A stretch of DNA of 64,000 nucleotides from Xylographa opegraphella (taxonomy: Eukaryota), in contig JALDZX010000028.1 of the NCBI GenBank assembly GCA_022813865.1, forward strand, positions 1 through 64,000, written 5' to 3'. Positions within the stretch are counted from its first letter, which is position 1; each line of letters starts with the position of its first letter. Under the pieces are notes generated by a model. It saw only the letters and a list, made by a program, of their open reading frames with translations, was not told where the DNA came from and made no database searches. This document shows, piece after piece, positions 11,999 to 24,872 of the stretch. A program made the translations under genes and the position numbers.

Positions 11999-13657
11999 CG
12001 GGGCGATTTGCTGTGTACGTTCAAGCTGGCATGGCAGATGGTACAGCGTTGCATCATACTGAGATTTATGATTGGCTCACCATACGATAAGATTTTGGAT
12101 ATGGAGCAGGCGCAGGAGAACAGCCGGTGTGGCATCTTGTATTGAGCTACAGCTGATTAATCAACGTGTTGGTCATGGTCAATGTTCGCCGAGATCCTCG
12201 TTCGTAAGGACCGTCTTTGTTGTTCTTGTGACCACCAATGATCTCATCTACCGAAGGCTTCCGGAGATATTGTGCCCCAAGTCTCCAACAAAATTTTGAG
12301 CACAGATCTCGGGAGACACACTCTGAGTGCAATGTCGCAGACATAGCGACCTCACAGCAAGAGCTTGGAAAGTGAAGCATTCGGGTATGCCTGGGAGTTG
12401 ACAGAATGCTGGTCGTCATCGACGTTCGTAAACTCCTTGAAAGCGAAAAGTAAACCAGCTCTTCATCCGATCTTCAGTCGGTCACAGTATGTGATGCGCC
12501 CAAGTAAGTGTTGCCTTTTGGGGAGTATTCTGGGATTCTATCTCCCTCACATTCCATACCTTCTTGAGCTCCCCATCTAGAATTATCTTGATGAGGTGGA
12601 CCTTTTCAAGAGTGCTAGAGAAATGGGGGCTGCGGACAGACTTTTGAATAAACAGATTGAGAGGCAGAGAAAAATCCAACGCGACAGTCACGGTTCTCAA
12701 GTCGACTTTTGAACTCAACAAGCAATACTGAGAGACTTCGTCAGAGTTGCGCAGAACGGTGAATTTGAGAATCATTTCTGAAGTAAAAGGGAGGGGAGTA
12801 ACGACGATGATGATCAGCTCGTCTATCTAAATCAGACAGAGTCTGTGTGGAAAAGGGGCTCACCAAATGGATCTTGGGATTCAACCATTGAACATTATCC
12901 GTGACTGTGAATGCACCTAGCTCAAACTAAGTATCTTGACGACATCCTGTTTCTGGCGCTGATGATGTGAGTCAAGGTAAAATCGTGAGGATACCTTGTT
13001 AGAAACAATCACGATACACTCAGTAATAAGTGCAATAACATTGAGTAGTCGCTTGCCTTCCATTTTAACATGGCATGTTGGTGTCAGAATGGCTATGAAC
13101 GACAGCGCTAACAGACAGCAGCATCACCACAATGTCATAGCTCCCTTCGCAACATTTTGCTGGTACTGCTTATGCGCGGCATCGGTCTCATCGGAGCGCA
13201 TAATAACGCAGGCACCCGCACAAGCGAGAATGGCCAGGCGCATGTTGCACCACCATTCCATTTTCTCCACTGGACCATCGTTTCTCGGAATCCTCAGGTC
13301 ACGTTGGATGACACCGCAAGCGACCTGCCCACGAACACAGTACCGTGCTCGTTTTAGGCATTTCAAAAAAGATGCGATCCACGCCAAGTCGCATAAATGA
13401 TAAGGGCAAAAGACAGCAAGATGGTTCTTACCTAGATCAGACGAATCACCTTCGATTCCCGCCTTTGGGTCATTGAGTGATCATCCAATTCCAACTATTT
13501 TCGTTTACTGCAGGACCCCGCGGTTGACACTAAGCCCCAGTCGTAGAAGTCATTATTGAGGAAAACTGTCGCAATTTGTGATCCCCGACTATGTACTCCT
13601 CTTCTACAATTTCAAGTAAAGCAAGCACTGAAAATGCAATCAGATATCTTCGTATAG

Positions 13658-13924
13658 ATGGCAGACAATCAACTCGACCTTGCCACAATCAATTGTTGTC
13701 GAACCAGATTCAAATGTCAAACAGCAAGCATTCAGACGTGGCTAGACGAGACACCTAGGGAAGAACCATGGACGATATACCACCACTCAACGGATGAATG
13801 CACAGCTGGTCAAGCCTCCCAGCTCCAGTCATTGGAGAAGGATATGAAGCAGTATAAGGAGCGTGTGGATTTCATTGCTTCGTTGGAATCATTGAGCATC
13901 TGCTGTCCATCGTGGTCTCCCTGA
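13658..13924 (+). CDS. Small orphan protein (88 aa), paralog of 18085-18432
   Basis: Shares IxxWLDExPxxxPW and GQxxQLQxLExxMK with the 18085 ORF. Confidence 0.55.
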   Translation: MADNQLDLATINCCRTRFKCQTASIQTWLDETPREEPWTIYHHSTDECTAGQASQLQSLEKDMKQYKERVDFIASLESLSICCPSWSP

Positions 13925-15025
13925 CGATCGGAAGGGTAGGCTCCGTTGAGGATCAGAGGAGGCGTTTGGTACAATGATCCGTAAGGGTGGTCCCGTCACA
14001 TACACCACATGGCCATACCCTAGAGTAGGGAGAGAATTTCAAGGGTTTTATGGAAAGTTTCCAGTCATCGTTCGGTCGCGCTTTCTCTACCTCTTGAACT
14101 TGGGAGTCGACCAAGTACGAATTGTAGAAGATTGACACGAGAATCAAGGGTCAGACCTAAATCATCTCGATCGAACTTCCAGCACGGTAATGCTCATCGA
14201 GGAAGATCGCTGCACTATGAAGGGAACGTCAAATAAGGTACAGAGAACGTTTGTGACACGAGCATGGTACACATTGAAAGACGTAGAAACTAATCATGTA
14301 GCAACTCGAACACCCGACTTTAAGAAAGGCAAAATTAGAAGTCGCATGAAAATCTGCCGTGTATGCTGTAGTTAGCAGACTTCTGAATTCCCGTAGCGCC
14401 ACCGCTTCCGTCATACACGTACGCCAAGAGCGCCTATGGCTATACTGCAAGAGTATAAGTCATGGCCGTCAGGATGGCTGCTAAGTATGAGTGCCGTAGT
14501 TGCTGCTCACCCCCCACGCTAGATTGTGTAAGGCAACCAGCAAATCTGGGAGTAGTCCGTCAAGTGTTTCACATATTCGGTGCTCGCTCATCGGCTATCC
14601 TCAATGCCTCAGCGTCGAATAACCGGGCACATAGGTGTTCGCTTGCAATCTGTCTTATGCAACCACGCTGGACGGCTGCAGGCTTTCGAGCTATGTTAAG
14701 AATTGAAGTATATTGGTATTGTCTTCGCAGTGTCACCTGCTGCCTTGTGTGAGAATGCGCTTCTGAGTGTGGAATGAATATACCTCGAGAGCCGTATGTG
14801 GAGGGTTCCATATAGGCACACTATCACCCTAGGTACGACTTTATTGGCGATAGTCCCATAGGGTTGTGATCCAGTAACATCACAATGGCTGCATTACGCG
14901 TCGTGATGGACGTTCAAGTGTGCCCGGTTTTGGAGGTCGTCATAGGGTTTGCGCGCTTAATGATTAGAGTTTGGCGGAAGACCCGGGGCGCGCGGACCGT
15001 GAGCCAGCTTCTCCCCCAATGATAT

Positions 15026-15537
15026 CAGCGAATTCCTCGGCTGACCCTGACGCACCCCCGTAATTTCCCCCGTTGTACGGAGGTACCCCATGTCGCCTGT
15101 TTTGTCACTATCCCTGGGCTGACCCTAGTTTAAAAGCCTTCAAACGCGTAATTTTTCGTAAAAAGTTACGTACGCAGTAATATTTCTTATTATTCGCAGA
15201 TTTCGCAACCATCCGCAGCTTTTCGCAACCCTCCGCAGCATTTCGCACCCTCCGCAGCATTTCGCACCCTCCGCAACTTTGCGCACCCTCCGCAGCATTT
15301 CGCACCCTCCGCAACTTTTCGCACCCTCCGTAAACCCCATTCGTAGTCTGTATTCGCAAATCCCCCTTCTCTTTGTGAAAACAACGATAAAAAACGTCAT
15401 CGACTGGTGATCGCAGTAAAAAACCAATTAGAATACGAGGAGCGGGGGTCAGCCGAGGAATAGTGACGAGACAGGGAACCGAGGGTACAACGGGGGAAAT
15501 TACGGGGGTGCGCCAGGGTCAGCCAAGGAATTCGTTG
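15026..15537. mobile_element. MITE-like non-autonomous DNA transposon (~512 bp) with ~53-bp TIRs
   Basis: 15026-15078 is the reverse complement of 15485-15537 with 3 mismatches; no transposase ORF; TA-rich flanks but no perfect TSD. Confidence 0.8.
15209..15333 (+). repeat. Tandem minisatellite, 19-20 bp unit CCCTCCGCAGCATTTCGCA, about 6.5 copies, inside the MITE
   Basis: Direct reading of the repeated units. Confidence 0.92.
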
Positions 15538-17406
15538 TATACCTGACAGCTGAAGGGACTCGGAATGGAGTGAGTTCTGCCACGCTCGTCACTGAACCTA
15601 TACTTTAACAAGTCCCGTAAACACATGGCCTTTCGTCGGTACTGTTTCCCCAAGTGGTTGCAATATTTTCAGTACGATTCTCAGTACGATTACAAGACAC
15701 AAAAATGGCACCGAAGCCATCTCCACCTGCAGTCGACTTCGGAGGTGAGGTCAACAATGCTTCACGGAATTTTGGATAGTCATATAGTCAAAGTGACTGG
15801 AGTGATTCTTGGTTCTTGATACAGCATTCGCCAGACTTGTTTCAGAAGCGGTTAACACAGTAATGGATATGCATTACTTGCTTCACTTCCTCAGACATGT
15901 GCTGATCAACAAGTTACGAGTGTGAGGCTAAAGGGAATAAACACCTTCCGACACCCTCCGGAGTGGAATAATTTGCTTTCCTAAGTCTTCGAACATCAGC
16001 CTTTGACACTCCCTCCATCAACGATGCTCAGAGCAGAAAGCTGCAATAAGTTCATGCACCATACCCAAGCTGAAGTAGTTGAAGCACAGGCAAAGTATCT
16101 CAGTCGAGAGGCACACTAACCATTACCGTCACGAGCCGAGCATCTCAACAACCATGCAAGCCGCTGATCAATACCACTAAGAGTCGTTTCAATTCTCTCC
16201 GCGGTCAGCACGAACCGCTCCCATAGCTGATCCTTAACAGCAAATGCACGTGCTTGTAGACCTCGAGGCCGGCATCCTGAGAGGAGACACCTGCAGCCCG
16301 GTTTGCAAACCGAGAACCCGTCGCGGGAAGCTTCCACTGGATAGGTTTGACAAGGATTGACATCCTATGGCACACGTAGGCCGCAAACCAGACCAGGCAA
16401 GTGAGGTTAATCGATAGCGGCGGATCCCTCGAGCGGTGCATGCAATCGAGGTCTTATTGAAAGTGGGCCATACATGCCCGCATATTTTCCCTGACGAATG
16501 CACTGGAGCCTTTACTGTCCTTCGATACGACCTCTGTACTGGTCATAACCTGGAGAGGTCATAATACACATACCATACATACAATTAGCCAGTCCGTCTG
16601 TCTGCATCGACACTCTCTATAATTGGTCCAATCCTCCGAACAACCACGAGAGGCAGTAATGTAGCCAGTCAGGAACAGAAGCCTCCGGCACAACGCCAGT
16701 AATTGTACCGGACCAGTAATCTCGCCCATAGCGTCGAAATTTCGGTATTTCAGTACCGTTTCGAAGCAACCATGATGTCCATCCAACGATTTGAAGCTGC
16801 ACGGCCTTGGTCATACGGTGGGCCATGGGGGCTGTGCCTGCAACCCATTGTGCACGGGTTGCTAAACATAGCTAGCTTAGTCAAGGCGATCACGATACAG
16901 GGGATGAAATACACGTGCTGCTCTGCAGCGAGAATGCAGATGCTTTTGTTCCGTAACCTCGACGCCGTACCGAAGGTATGATAACGCCCACTTCTTTACG
17001 GAGAACATTCCACCACCGCTAACCAGGGTTCGGGCAAGAAACAAGTAGCGATCGGCCAGTTTGCGCTTTTGCAGGTGGCCTCGAGCAAGATATTGGCACG
17101 GTAAATATTATGGTCTGGCAGATGCCTCCAGTTACCTACGACCGAGGGTTCGGAGATTTTCGGCTTGATGCTCGCAGCATTTCGGCCGAGTTGCTCGCTC
17201 CTGAGTGATAGTGACACTAGTAAGTTATAAAACATGTAATCATTGGTCGAAAGAGCCGCACAGAACTACGCTACAGAGTACTCACCGCGGTGTCGGTTTA
17301 CATACATCGGGGAATCGTGTCTGCTGGATAACCCAATTCCCTTTTATGACACAAGCGACGCTAAGGTATCCTGTCACACCCACTTTAAACCCTGGCAGCC
17401 GCGCCG

Positions 17407-17599
17407 CCATCGAAACGATTGGTAGAAAGAGAGGGAACAGCTCAAGACTCATAGGAGGATAGCGTCACCATTTGAAACGATTGGTAGAAAGAGAGGGGAC
17501 AGCTCAAGCCCCATAAGAGTGTTAGCGTCAAAGGGACAGCTCAAGCCCCATAAGAGTGTTAGCGTCAAAGGGACAGCTCAAGCCCCATAAGAGGTTAGC
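17407..17599 (+). repeat. Compound tandem repeat: ~61-bp duplication followed by 37-bp units
   Basis: GAAACGATTGGTAGAAAGAGAGGG occurs twice; GGGACAGCTCAAGCCCCATAAGAGTGTTAGCGTCAAA at 17496, 17533 and partially at 17570. Confidence 0.9.
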
Positions 17600-18084
17600 A
17601 TGGCAGCCCTCGGATAAGGTAGGTAAGGCACTCCTCAGCCGATTTGCTGGAGGTCCTTCAGGACAAGGCTAGCGATCCATCACAGAAACGGCACAATTCA
17701 CGTCCGCCAATTCAGATAGATGTATTCTGACATGGATAGGGAGTGCATCCCGCAATCAAGGCAATGGGCACTCGGCCTCCGACATGCATAAGTATCTGGC
17801 TGAGAACCACCTTTTCCCTTCTACAAAGAAATCTGGTCGCCTTCAGGCAAGGCTAGCAAGCCCGAGTGGAATCACTCGATAATCTGTGAAGCTGTCCTGC
17901 TGTGTCTCATTACCTGCGACGATCCCAAGGTGCTTCACGTGACCCCGACCGGACACTTATCGTCCGGAGCCGACCATACTTCAACACAACCATAGCACTT
18001 CCGCAAAGAGACCGTCACCGTCCCACGCATCTCAGTCCTCGCGACGTTACCGGCTGAACGGCCGGCACACTCAAGCTACACCGC

Positions 18085-18432
18085 ATGTCAGTATGCTCCA
18101 TGGTAAAGGAAGAGAGACTCGGGCTTACATCAGCAAGCCAGCTCCGTCCTAGCTCAGCTCCAGTCAACATCATGGCTGTCGTCGACGGAGCCCCTGCCAC
18201 CCCCAAGGTCGCTCGCAGCAGTGCGGCCGAAGCAAAACAACTCTCAAACAGAGCAATACGGGCCTGGCTTGATGAAGCTCCGACACAAGCCCCGTGGTCC
18301 GTCCATGGTCGACCGCCTCCCACCCAAGGCTCACAGTATGGGCAGCGGACACAGTTGCAGACATTGGAGCATGAGATGAAGCTGGATCTCGATCATCTGA
18401 GGAAGGAGAGAGGCTTCAATTATCGTGCTTGA
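18085..18432 (+). CDS. Small orphan protein (115 aa), paralog of 13658-13924
   Basis: IRAWLDEAPTQAPW ... GQRTQLQTLEHEMK. Confidence 0.6.
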   Translation: MSVCSMVKEERLGLTSASQLRPSSAPVNIMAVVDGAPATPKVARSSAAEAKQLSNRAIRAWLDEAPTQAPWSVHGRPPPTQGSQYGQRTQLQTLEHEMKLDLDHLRKERGFNYRA

Positions 18433-18591
18433 CTTGCTGATCGGTGGTCACACGAAGCGGGATAAACAAGGCCTCGGATAGACATGATGTCGAATGATAC
18501 TTTGTTGACATGTTACTCTGTCGGCATGTCCTCAGAACGTAGGAACAAGACTTCAGTTTCCACATCTTAACATGCCGAGCGCTTATTGCCC

Positions 18592-21500
18592 TCACGAGTT
18601 CCACATACTCTCTGATAGTTGCAATAGATGATCACTCAGAGCTTTTCTCGCTTGCGCGGCCACGTCCCGGTGTTGACTTTGGAGAGCCTCTGAGTAGCAT
18701 AGCTCAACCAGGACCTTGATCTCCTCAAGGCTGAAGCCCATGTCCTTCCCTCCAGTAGCTTTGGCCTTCTCAACAATTGCTTCTGCCCCTCCAATGAAGT
18801 AATCGTAGAACATGGCACTTCTCGTGAGCGCGACCCCACTTTCAATGCTTTTCAGGTTCTGCTGCAAGACTAGGATGTTGAGCTGCATGCGCTCGCAACC
18901 ATTGAGGTTCATCACAGGGATTTGGGAAGCATTCGTAACCAGTATATTATCGAGGAGAAGACCAAGACCGGATGTGATGAAACTGTATTCTTTGCTTGGG
19001 AGATGGACTGTAAGATTGTCGTCGAAGCTCAGGAGGTCGGCATTCAGAGCCAGGATGCTTGGGTCTGGTTCGTTGGCTGGTTGGTCAAGAAGATATGGTG
19101 CCTTCAAAACACGAGAGATCATATGAATCATCCCACAGCGGATGTCGACATGGAGCGTAAGCAAGGCTGTTATGGCCAATTGACGATACCGAGCCACAAT
19201 ATCATCAAACGGTCTATATCAATTAGCACAGCTCCATGGCAAAATGACAAGTGGTACTGACCCTACAGTCTCCTTGGTCATTCGTAAAAAAACTGGTTGG
19301 TCACCATCTTGCATGTTTGCTGCGCTCACCAGCGTCCAACGACGTCGACCTGTGCGAGTGTCTTGTGCGGTCGAGGAATCCTTGTCTACGATATGCCGAA
19401 GCTGGTTCAAATTGTTCTCAAGCCATCGCTAGTTCGAGGTCAGTGAGTCCCAAGCATATTGTGGGATTTTGACTCACCATGCTGCTGTACAGCAAGCAAA
19501 GCGCCGTAACTGATCTACGATCAGAGACAATATCATACGGCTCTAGAGGCGTCTCGTTTGTTCTAGATATGAGCAGCTCGGCTTCCTGTCACGTGTTAGC
19601 ATGCGGCCTACGGAAGTGAAGCTGATCACTACCTTTTGTATGAGTCTATCCCGATCACTATCATCTCCGTCCCAGATTGTTTTAACGACAACAGAAAGGT
19701 CCCCAAACTCTACCACAGCTGCGGCAGTTTTAAGGCAAGTCCCGCCTTCCCACCGAGCTCGAGTCACAAGGCCTACCATAATTAGCAACAGGGGATGTTC
19801 CTGCCGACTGAGATACACACCCTTGTACCATGCAGCACATTTATCATGATATGTAACAAGTTGGGTGACGATGAGCTGTGTGAAAGCTTGATCTTGCGGA
19901 ATATTGTCGAGCATTCTACAGAATTCTTTGACAAGTGAGCAGAAAAGCGAAGTACCCTGGAACCAGAAAGGTTAGTCAATCATTATGATTGTAGATGCTG
20001 TTCTCACCTTCAAAATTGGTTGGAGTGCATGGTTGGCCCAGTGCGGGTCCTGTTGGAATGCACCAAAGTCGATAAAGGATTGGGAGCAGAGTTCTGTAAG
20101 GGTCTCGTCAAGCTGAGGGTTGAAGACGTTGACCAGAAAGTCGTCCAAAAATGAAGTCAATGTACTGATTGCTATGTCAGAATCAGGCGGAACAATGTCT
20201 TTGAGGGTTTGTAGAAACGAGAGTGATGGTGGCAGTAGAAGGCTAATGTTGAATACGCTGGGTTTCAGAAGTAGCTTGTGACCAGCCGCAGGACTATCAT
20301 ATGTGACGCTACGGTCGCCTTGAATGATACCCGAGCGCCGGTGGGACTTGGATACAAGTCCGGGCACAGATGCTTGCAATATCTTGTCGAGATCTTCCTG
20401 CTCATTCGACATTTCGCTGGATCTTTCGTCTACTTCTCCAAGTCTGAACATTCGCTATAACTAATTAGCTTTAATTTACTCTCATTGGAGTATACTTACC
20501 TTGTTCTTATCCCGTGGAGTTCGATGAAATACATTGGTGTTAATAGTTGAGACTCTCTTCGAATTATACAATGGATTTCCATCCGTTGCTAAGTAGTCAT
20601 GAAGCAGAGAACGCATCTGTTTTTGTCGTTAGCCAGTAAAGTTATACAGATATGCTCTCATGTACGAACCTCGCTTTGGTAAAGCTTCCAAAGTTCTTTG
20701 AAACCACTGAGAAGAGACTCAGGCTTCCTTAAGCCCTCACGAGCAACGATACCAGCGATGATCTCGTGTACAGCTCGGTGTCCTTCAGCAATAGCCTCGA
20801 ACTTCGAGTACAAGGTATAGAGCAGGTCTCGCAGCACCTCCGCTTCCTCGCCACTATTTCCCAAATTTACGAATGACTTGTTGCGATTCTGGGTCTCGCT
20901 GGCTCGAAGATGAGCCGGATGCCGAAGATCAACTTCTTGAGTAGTCCGCTGAACTACTGCAAAAAGCTCTATCGGCAAGCGTTGCTCCATACGGTCCACT
21001 GCAAGGTCCAGGCGGCCCATCTTGTTGAGAGCTTCGAGTATCATGTGAATATACTCAAAGCTATCAGTCTCCGGGTTTCTGGTGGTATCATCCACCAGCT
21101 AACAAGATATAGATTAGCTCGGTATATTTTCACGAGTAAAGTACGTACTAATGAGAGTGTATTAAGTCCTGTTAGAAATCGATACAGTGGTCGTATTCCG
21201 GCATCTGCAAAGTGTTAGGAAGTTCAGATATTGCAGATTATAGACATACTGATCGGAGCGGTCTGTTCTGGATTTGTTGACGTATCTACAGTCGAAAGGT
21301 AAGGAGTCCATCTGTTAGAGCAATACGGTGATTTTAAATAGAGATGATCGTGTAATTCTTCGAGCAGGATGTCTGCCAGTGACTAAAAATAATCGGTCAG
21401 ATTGAAGTTTTGGTAGATTAGGAGCACAACCTACTGTTTCTTGGTTGTTAAGATAAACTCGAAGGTCAGCTAAAGCTCCAATATTCTCAAGATTAGAATT

Positions 21501-22591
21501 CCTGATCATTCGCAGAGCATCTTGGAGCAGATCAACAGCAGAGAGGAAGTGCTTTTCCGAGATGCGAGTGTCGAGCTGTTCGGGCATTATCTGTATCTTC
21601 TCTCTGCATCACATGAGCTTCTACTGGAACTGCCGGAGGATGAATATTACATTTGTCCAAGAATCTGAAGCATTTCATCGTAATTCTGTGAGGAGGCAGC
21701 AAGTCCCTTGAGCTCCGGCTTCGCAATCGTCAAATTCATTTTCGCATGCATCAAGGAGCCTTTCAGTGTCCTAACACGACTTTGGGATGTTTGTATACTG
21801 GACTGTATCTTGTGAAAGGTACCTATTGAGCTATTGAAGCCCTGATGATGCTCTGTGCTAGTCAGCAACTATACTCGTAGTTGTTTCAGACCACAGACCA
21901 TTTACTATTGCTTTCAAAGCCTTCTGAAGAGCTCTGCTGGTATGTTTGAAATCCTCGTAGTCATTCCCACGACCCAGAGAACTATAGTCCATCAATTGCA
22001 AAGCAATGTGTACTGGAATACAATCGTTTTTGGTGATAATGCTCCATTTCTCTTGGATATGCTCAACGACACCTGAGTGTTTCCAGTTAGCTTCCGTTCC
22101 GAGCTAATCATCCTCAAACATACACTCCTGGCCTTTTGTAGTATATTACAGATAGTGATGTGCTGCAAAGACGTATCATTGGAAAGGACAGTCGAGATCT
22201 GAGCCTTACCACACAAGTGGTGCTAACCTTCAATTTGTTTTCCTGCCGGTCCTTCTCCATAAAGATATATGCCATTGCCGATCGGTCTTGAAGGATCCTT
22301 AATCCCATTATCATCTCTCGCTTGTGACCGCCCCTCAGCTCTGCGCCAGTTGGGTATGCTTGGAGGGTTGTATGGGTCGGGGCTCTCGGGGCCCAATGCT
22401 TGCTCTTCATGCCCAAGTTCTGGCTGCTCCGACACATCCCCTGGGAAAAAACCCCCATAACCTCCTGCACGGCGTACTCGGCGGCCGCCATTGGGTGCCC
22501 CGTTTGTCAGGTCGTCTTCATATCGGGATGACAGGTCCTGGCTGCGATAGCCATTGCTGTAGCCGTTCGCGCCATTTTGTCCGTAAGACAT
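18592..22591 (-). CDS. SEC8: Exocyst complex component Sec8, multi-exon
   Basis: EHHQGFNSSIGTFHKIQ, ISEKHFLSAVDLL, NPETDSFEY, RLPIELF, LYSKFEAIAEGHR, GHKLL, FLDDFLVNVF, RMQLNILVLQQNLK. Confidence 0.93.
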
Positions 22592-22974
22592 CGCTTCAAG
22601 CCCTTAAGGGAGTGGCAGACTACCACTCTCTAACTCTGATCGCTTCAGGACCACCAGATGTAGTTGCGTTAAGGTACTCAGTTTCCTCATCCATATTGGC
22701 CAAATGTTAGGAGCATTCACGAAGGAGGCCGGGGTCACCTATCAGATGGGGCTATTATCAGCACTAGTCCGTTCTCAGAAGCAGTATGAGCTGTGGGGAA
22801 TATATACACCCAGCAGTTCCAAAAATCCAATTGAAAGTGAAGCTTGGACTTCCAAGCAGTACAATGGCTCACACAAGCTGAGTTTATATGTGCCACGGCT
22901 TCTGATTTCGCGGATCTGCTCAAAAGTGTCGGAGAAAGCAATCTCTAGAACGAGCATAAATTCTACAATCTCTG

Positions 22975-22981
22975 TGACTCA
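22975..22981 (+). promoter_or_regulatory. Gcn4/CpcA response element (TGACTCA) upstream of ARG7
   Basis: Perfect TGACTCA about 105 nt before the ATG of an arginine-biosynthesis gene. Confidence 0.55.
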
Positions 22982-23086
22982 CTCCTGCCAGGATCATGAT
23001 TTGAAATTTGACTGGAAACTTGTTCTACATACAGCTCTGCTTCTTTCTTCTTGCAATTGATGTTGTCGATTTGTAAATACAGCAAA

Positions 23087-24507
23087 ATGTCACTCAAAAG
23101 GCTCCAGCGAACGCTGGCAATACAGATCCGCAACTACTCAGCGCCAGTCGACGGATCAATACCACCCGCAAAACGCAAATACGTCCCAAGTTCAGGGACA
23201 TACCCACAGGGTTTCCAGGTATCTGGAACCTATGTCGGTGTGAAGGCTTCCAACACTCGCTTTCCCGACCTGGCTCTTATCACATCCGCAACTCCTTGCT
23301 CAGGCGCTGCCGTCTTTACGAAGAACAAATTCCAAGCCGCCCCTGTCACGATAAGCCGCGAGACCCTACAGAAACGTAGCGGTGAGGGTCTCCATGCCAT
23401 TATCATCAACTCGGGCTGTGCCAATGCCGTCACCGGAAAAGGCGGTCTCGAAGATGCCACAAGCATGGGCTCCGCTGTCGACGCATGCTTCGACCCGCCT
23501 CCGTCTCCCAGCAGCACGCTCGTGATGTCCACCGGGGTCATTGGGCAGCGCCTCCCTATAGCCAAGATCCTCGCCCGTATCCCTACAGCCTACAGCACTC
23601 TGTCGGACACGCACAGCTCCTGGCTCGCCACCGCTCGCGCCATATGTACCACTGACACCTTCCCGAAACTCCTCTCCACGACCTTCTCCCTGCCATCCTC
23701 GCCTTCAACGACCTACTCCCTTGCCGGTATGACCAAAGGCGCTGGCATGATCCACCCAAACATGGCAACCCTCCTCGGCATTATGTGCACGGACGCCCCT
23801 ATCCCAGCCCCAATCCTGCAACCGCTCCTCACCCACGCCGTCGACCGCTCTTTCAACGCCATCAGCATCGACGGCGACATGTCCACCAACGACACTGTCG
23901 CCATCCTCGCGAATGGCGCTGCCGGCGGCTCGCCCATCACATCCCTCACATCGCCAGACGTGCAGAAGATGCAGGAAGTGCTCACGACCTTTACACAATC
24001 CCTTGCGCAGTTGGTCGTTCGAGACGGCGAAGGCGCGACCAAGTTCGTGCACGTCCGAGTCTGCAACGCAGCCTCCTTCCCCGACGCCAAAGCCATCGCC
24101 TCCACCATCGCACAGTCCAATCTTGTCAAGACGGCGCTGTACGGCAAAGACGCTAATTGGGGACGCATCTTGTGCGCGGTCGGATACACGGATGCGGGAT
24201 CCATAGTGCCGCAGGACGTGGCCTCGATCGTGCCGGAGCGGACGAATGTGAGCTTCGTTCCTGTAGATGGAAGCGCGGAGCTGAAGCTGCTTGTGAATGG
24301 GGAACCGCAGGCCGTGGATGAGGAGCGGGCGAAAGTGATTCTCGAGGCGGAAGATCTGGAGATTAGGGTTGATCTGGGGACCGGGCATGAGGAGGCGAGT
24401 TATTGGACTTGTGATTTCAGTCATGAGGTAAGTCTTGCCGGAAGTGCTCGTGAGAACTTGGCTGAATTCTGTAGTATGTGACCATCAATGCCGATTATCG
24501 TACATGA
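23087..24507 (+). CDS. ARG7: Mitochondrial ArgJ-family ornithine acetyltransferase; one intron at 24428-24474
   Basis: [61 protein letters not shown]; last exon [10 protein letters not shown]. Confidence 0.96.
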
Positions 24508-24872
24508 TTTTTCGCGCCTGGCATTGTAGAGCACGATGTTGTACTCCCTGAAACGGACGACCTGTTGTGCTGCTTTTGGATGTGCCTGGGTTCAATGAAA
24601 GGCATAGCATGAAAGACTGATATTTTACCAAGATATCGATATCGATATGGATCACAGGGAAATAAATGCATCCATAAAAAGTGCTTCGCCAAGACACAGC
24701 TCAAAGTAAGCTATAAAAGCCAAAGACCAGGGACTTTTACATTACTCCAAGACTATCGTACAGGCCGTGCGCATATATACAAGTCTAGACTAAGTAAGAC
24801 CGCAGCCTCGGTGATTCCAAGTTCGAAGGACGATTGAAATCGCAGTATTGCACTCACAGCGTCTTCTCTGTG

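Noticed and set aside
15108..15427. Repetitive ORFs (GCEMLRRVR...) and a CRISPR-like look
   Set aside because: They are translations of the 19-bp minisatellite. The units are contiguous with no spacers, there are no cas genes, and the DNA is eukaryotic.
17407..17599. 37-bp repeats as a CRISPR array
   Set aside because: Head-to-tail copies without unique spacers.
23230..24424. Long antisense/alternate-frame ORFs over ARG7 (also seen over SNZ1, ORC2 and RVS161)
   Set aside because: Shadow ORFs expected from GC-rich codon usage; no motifs.
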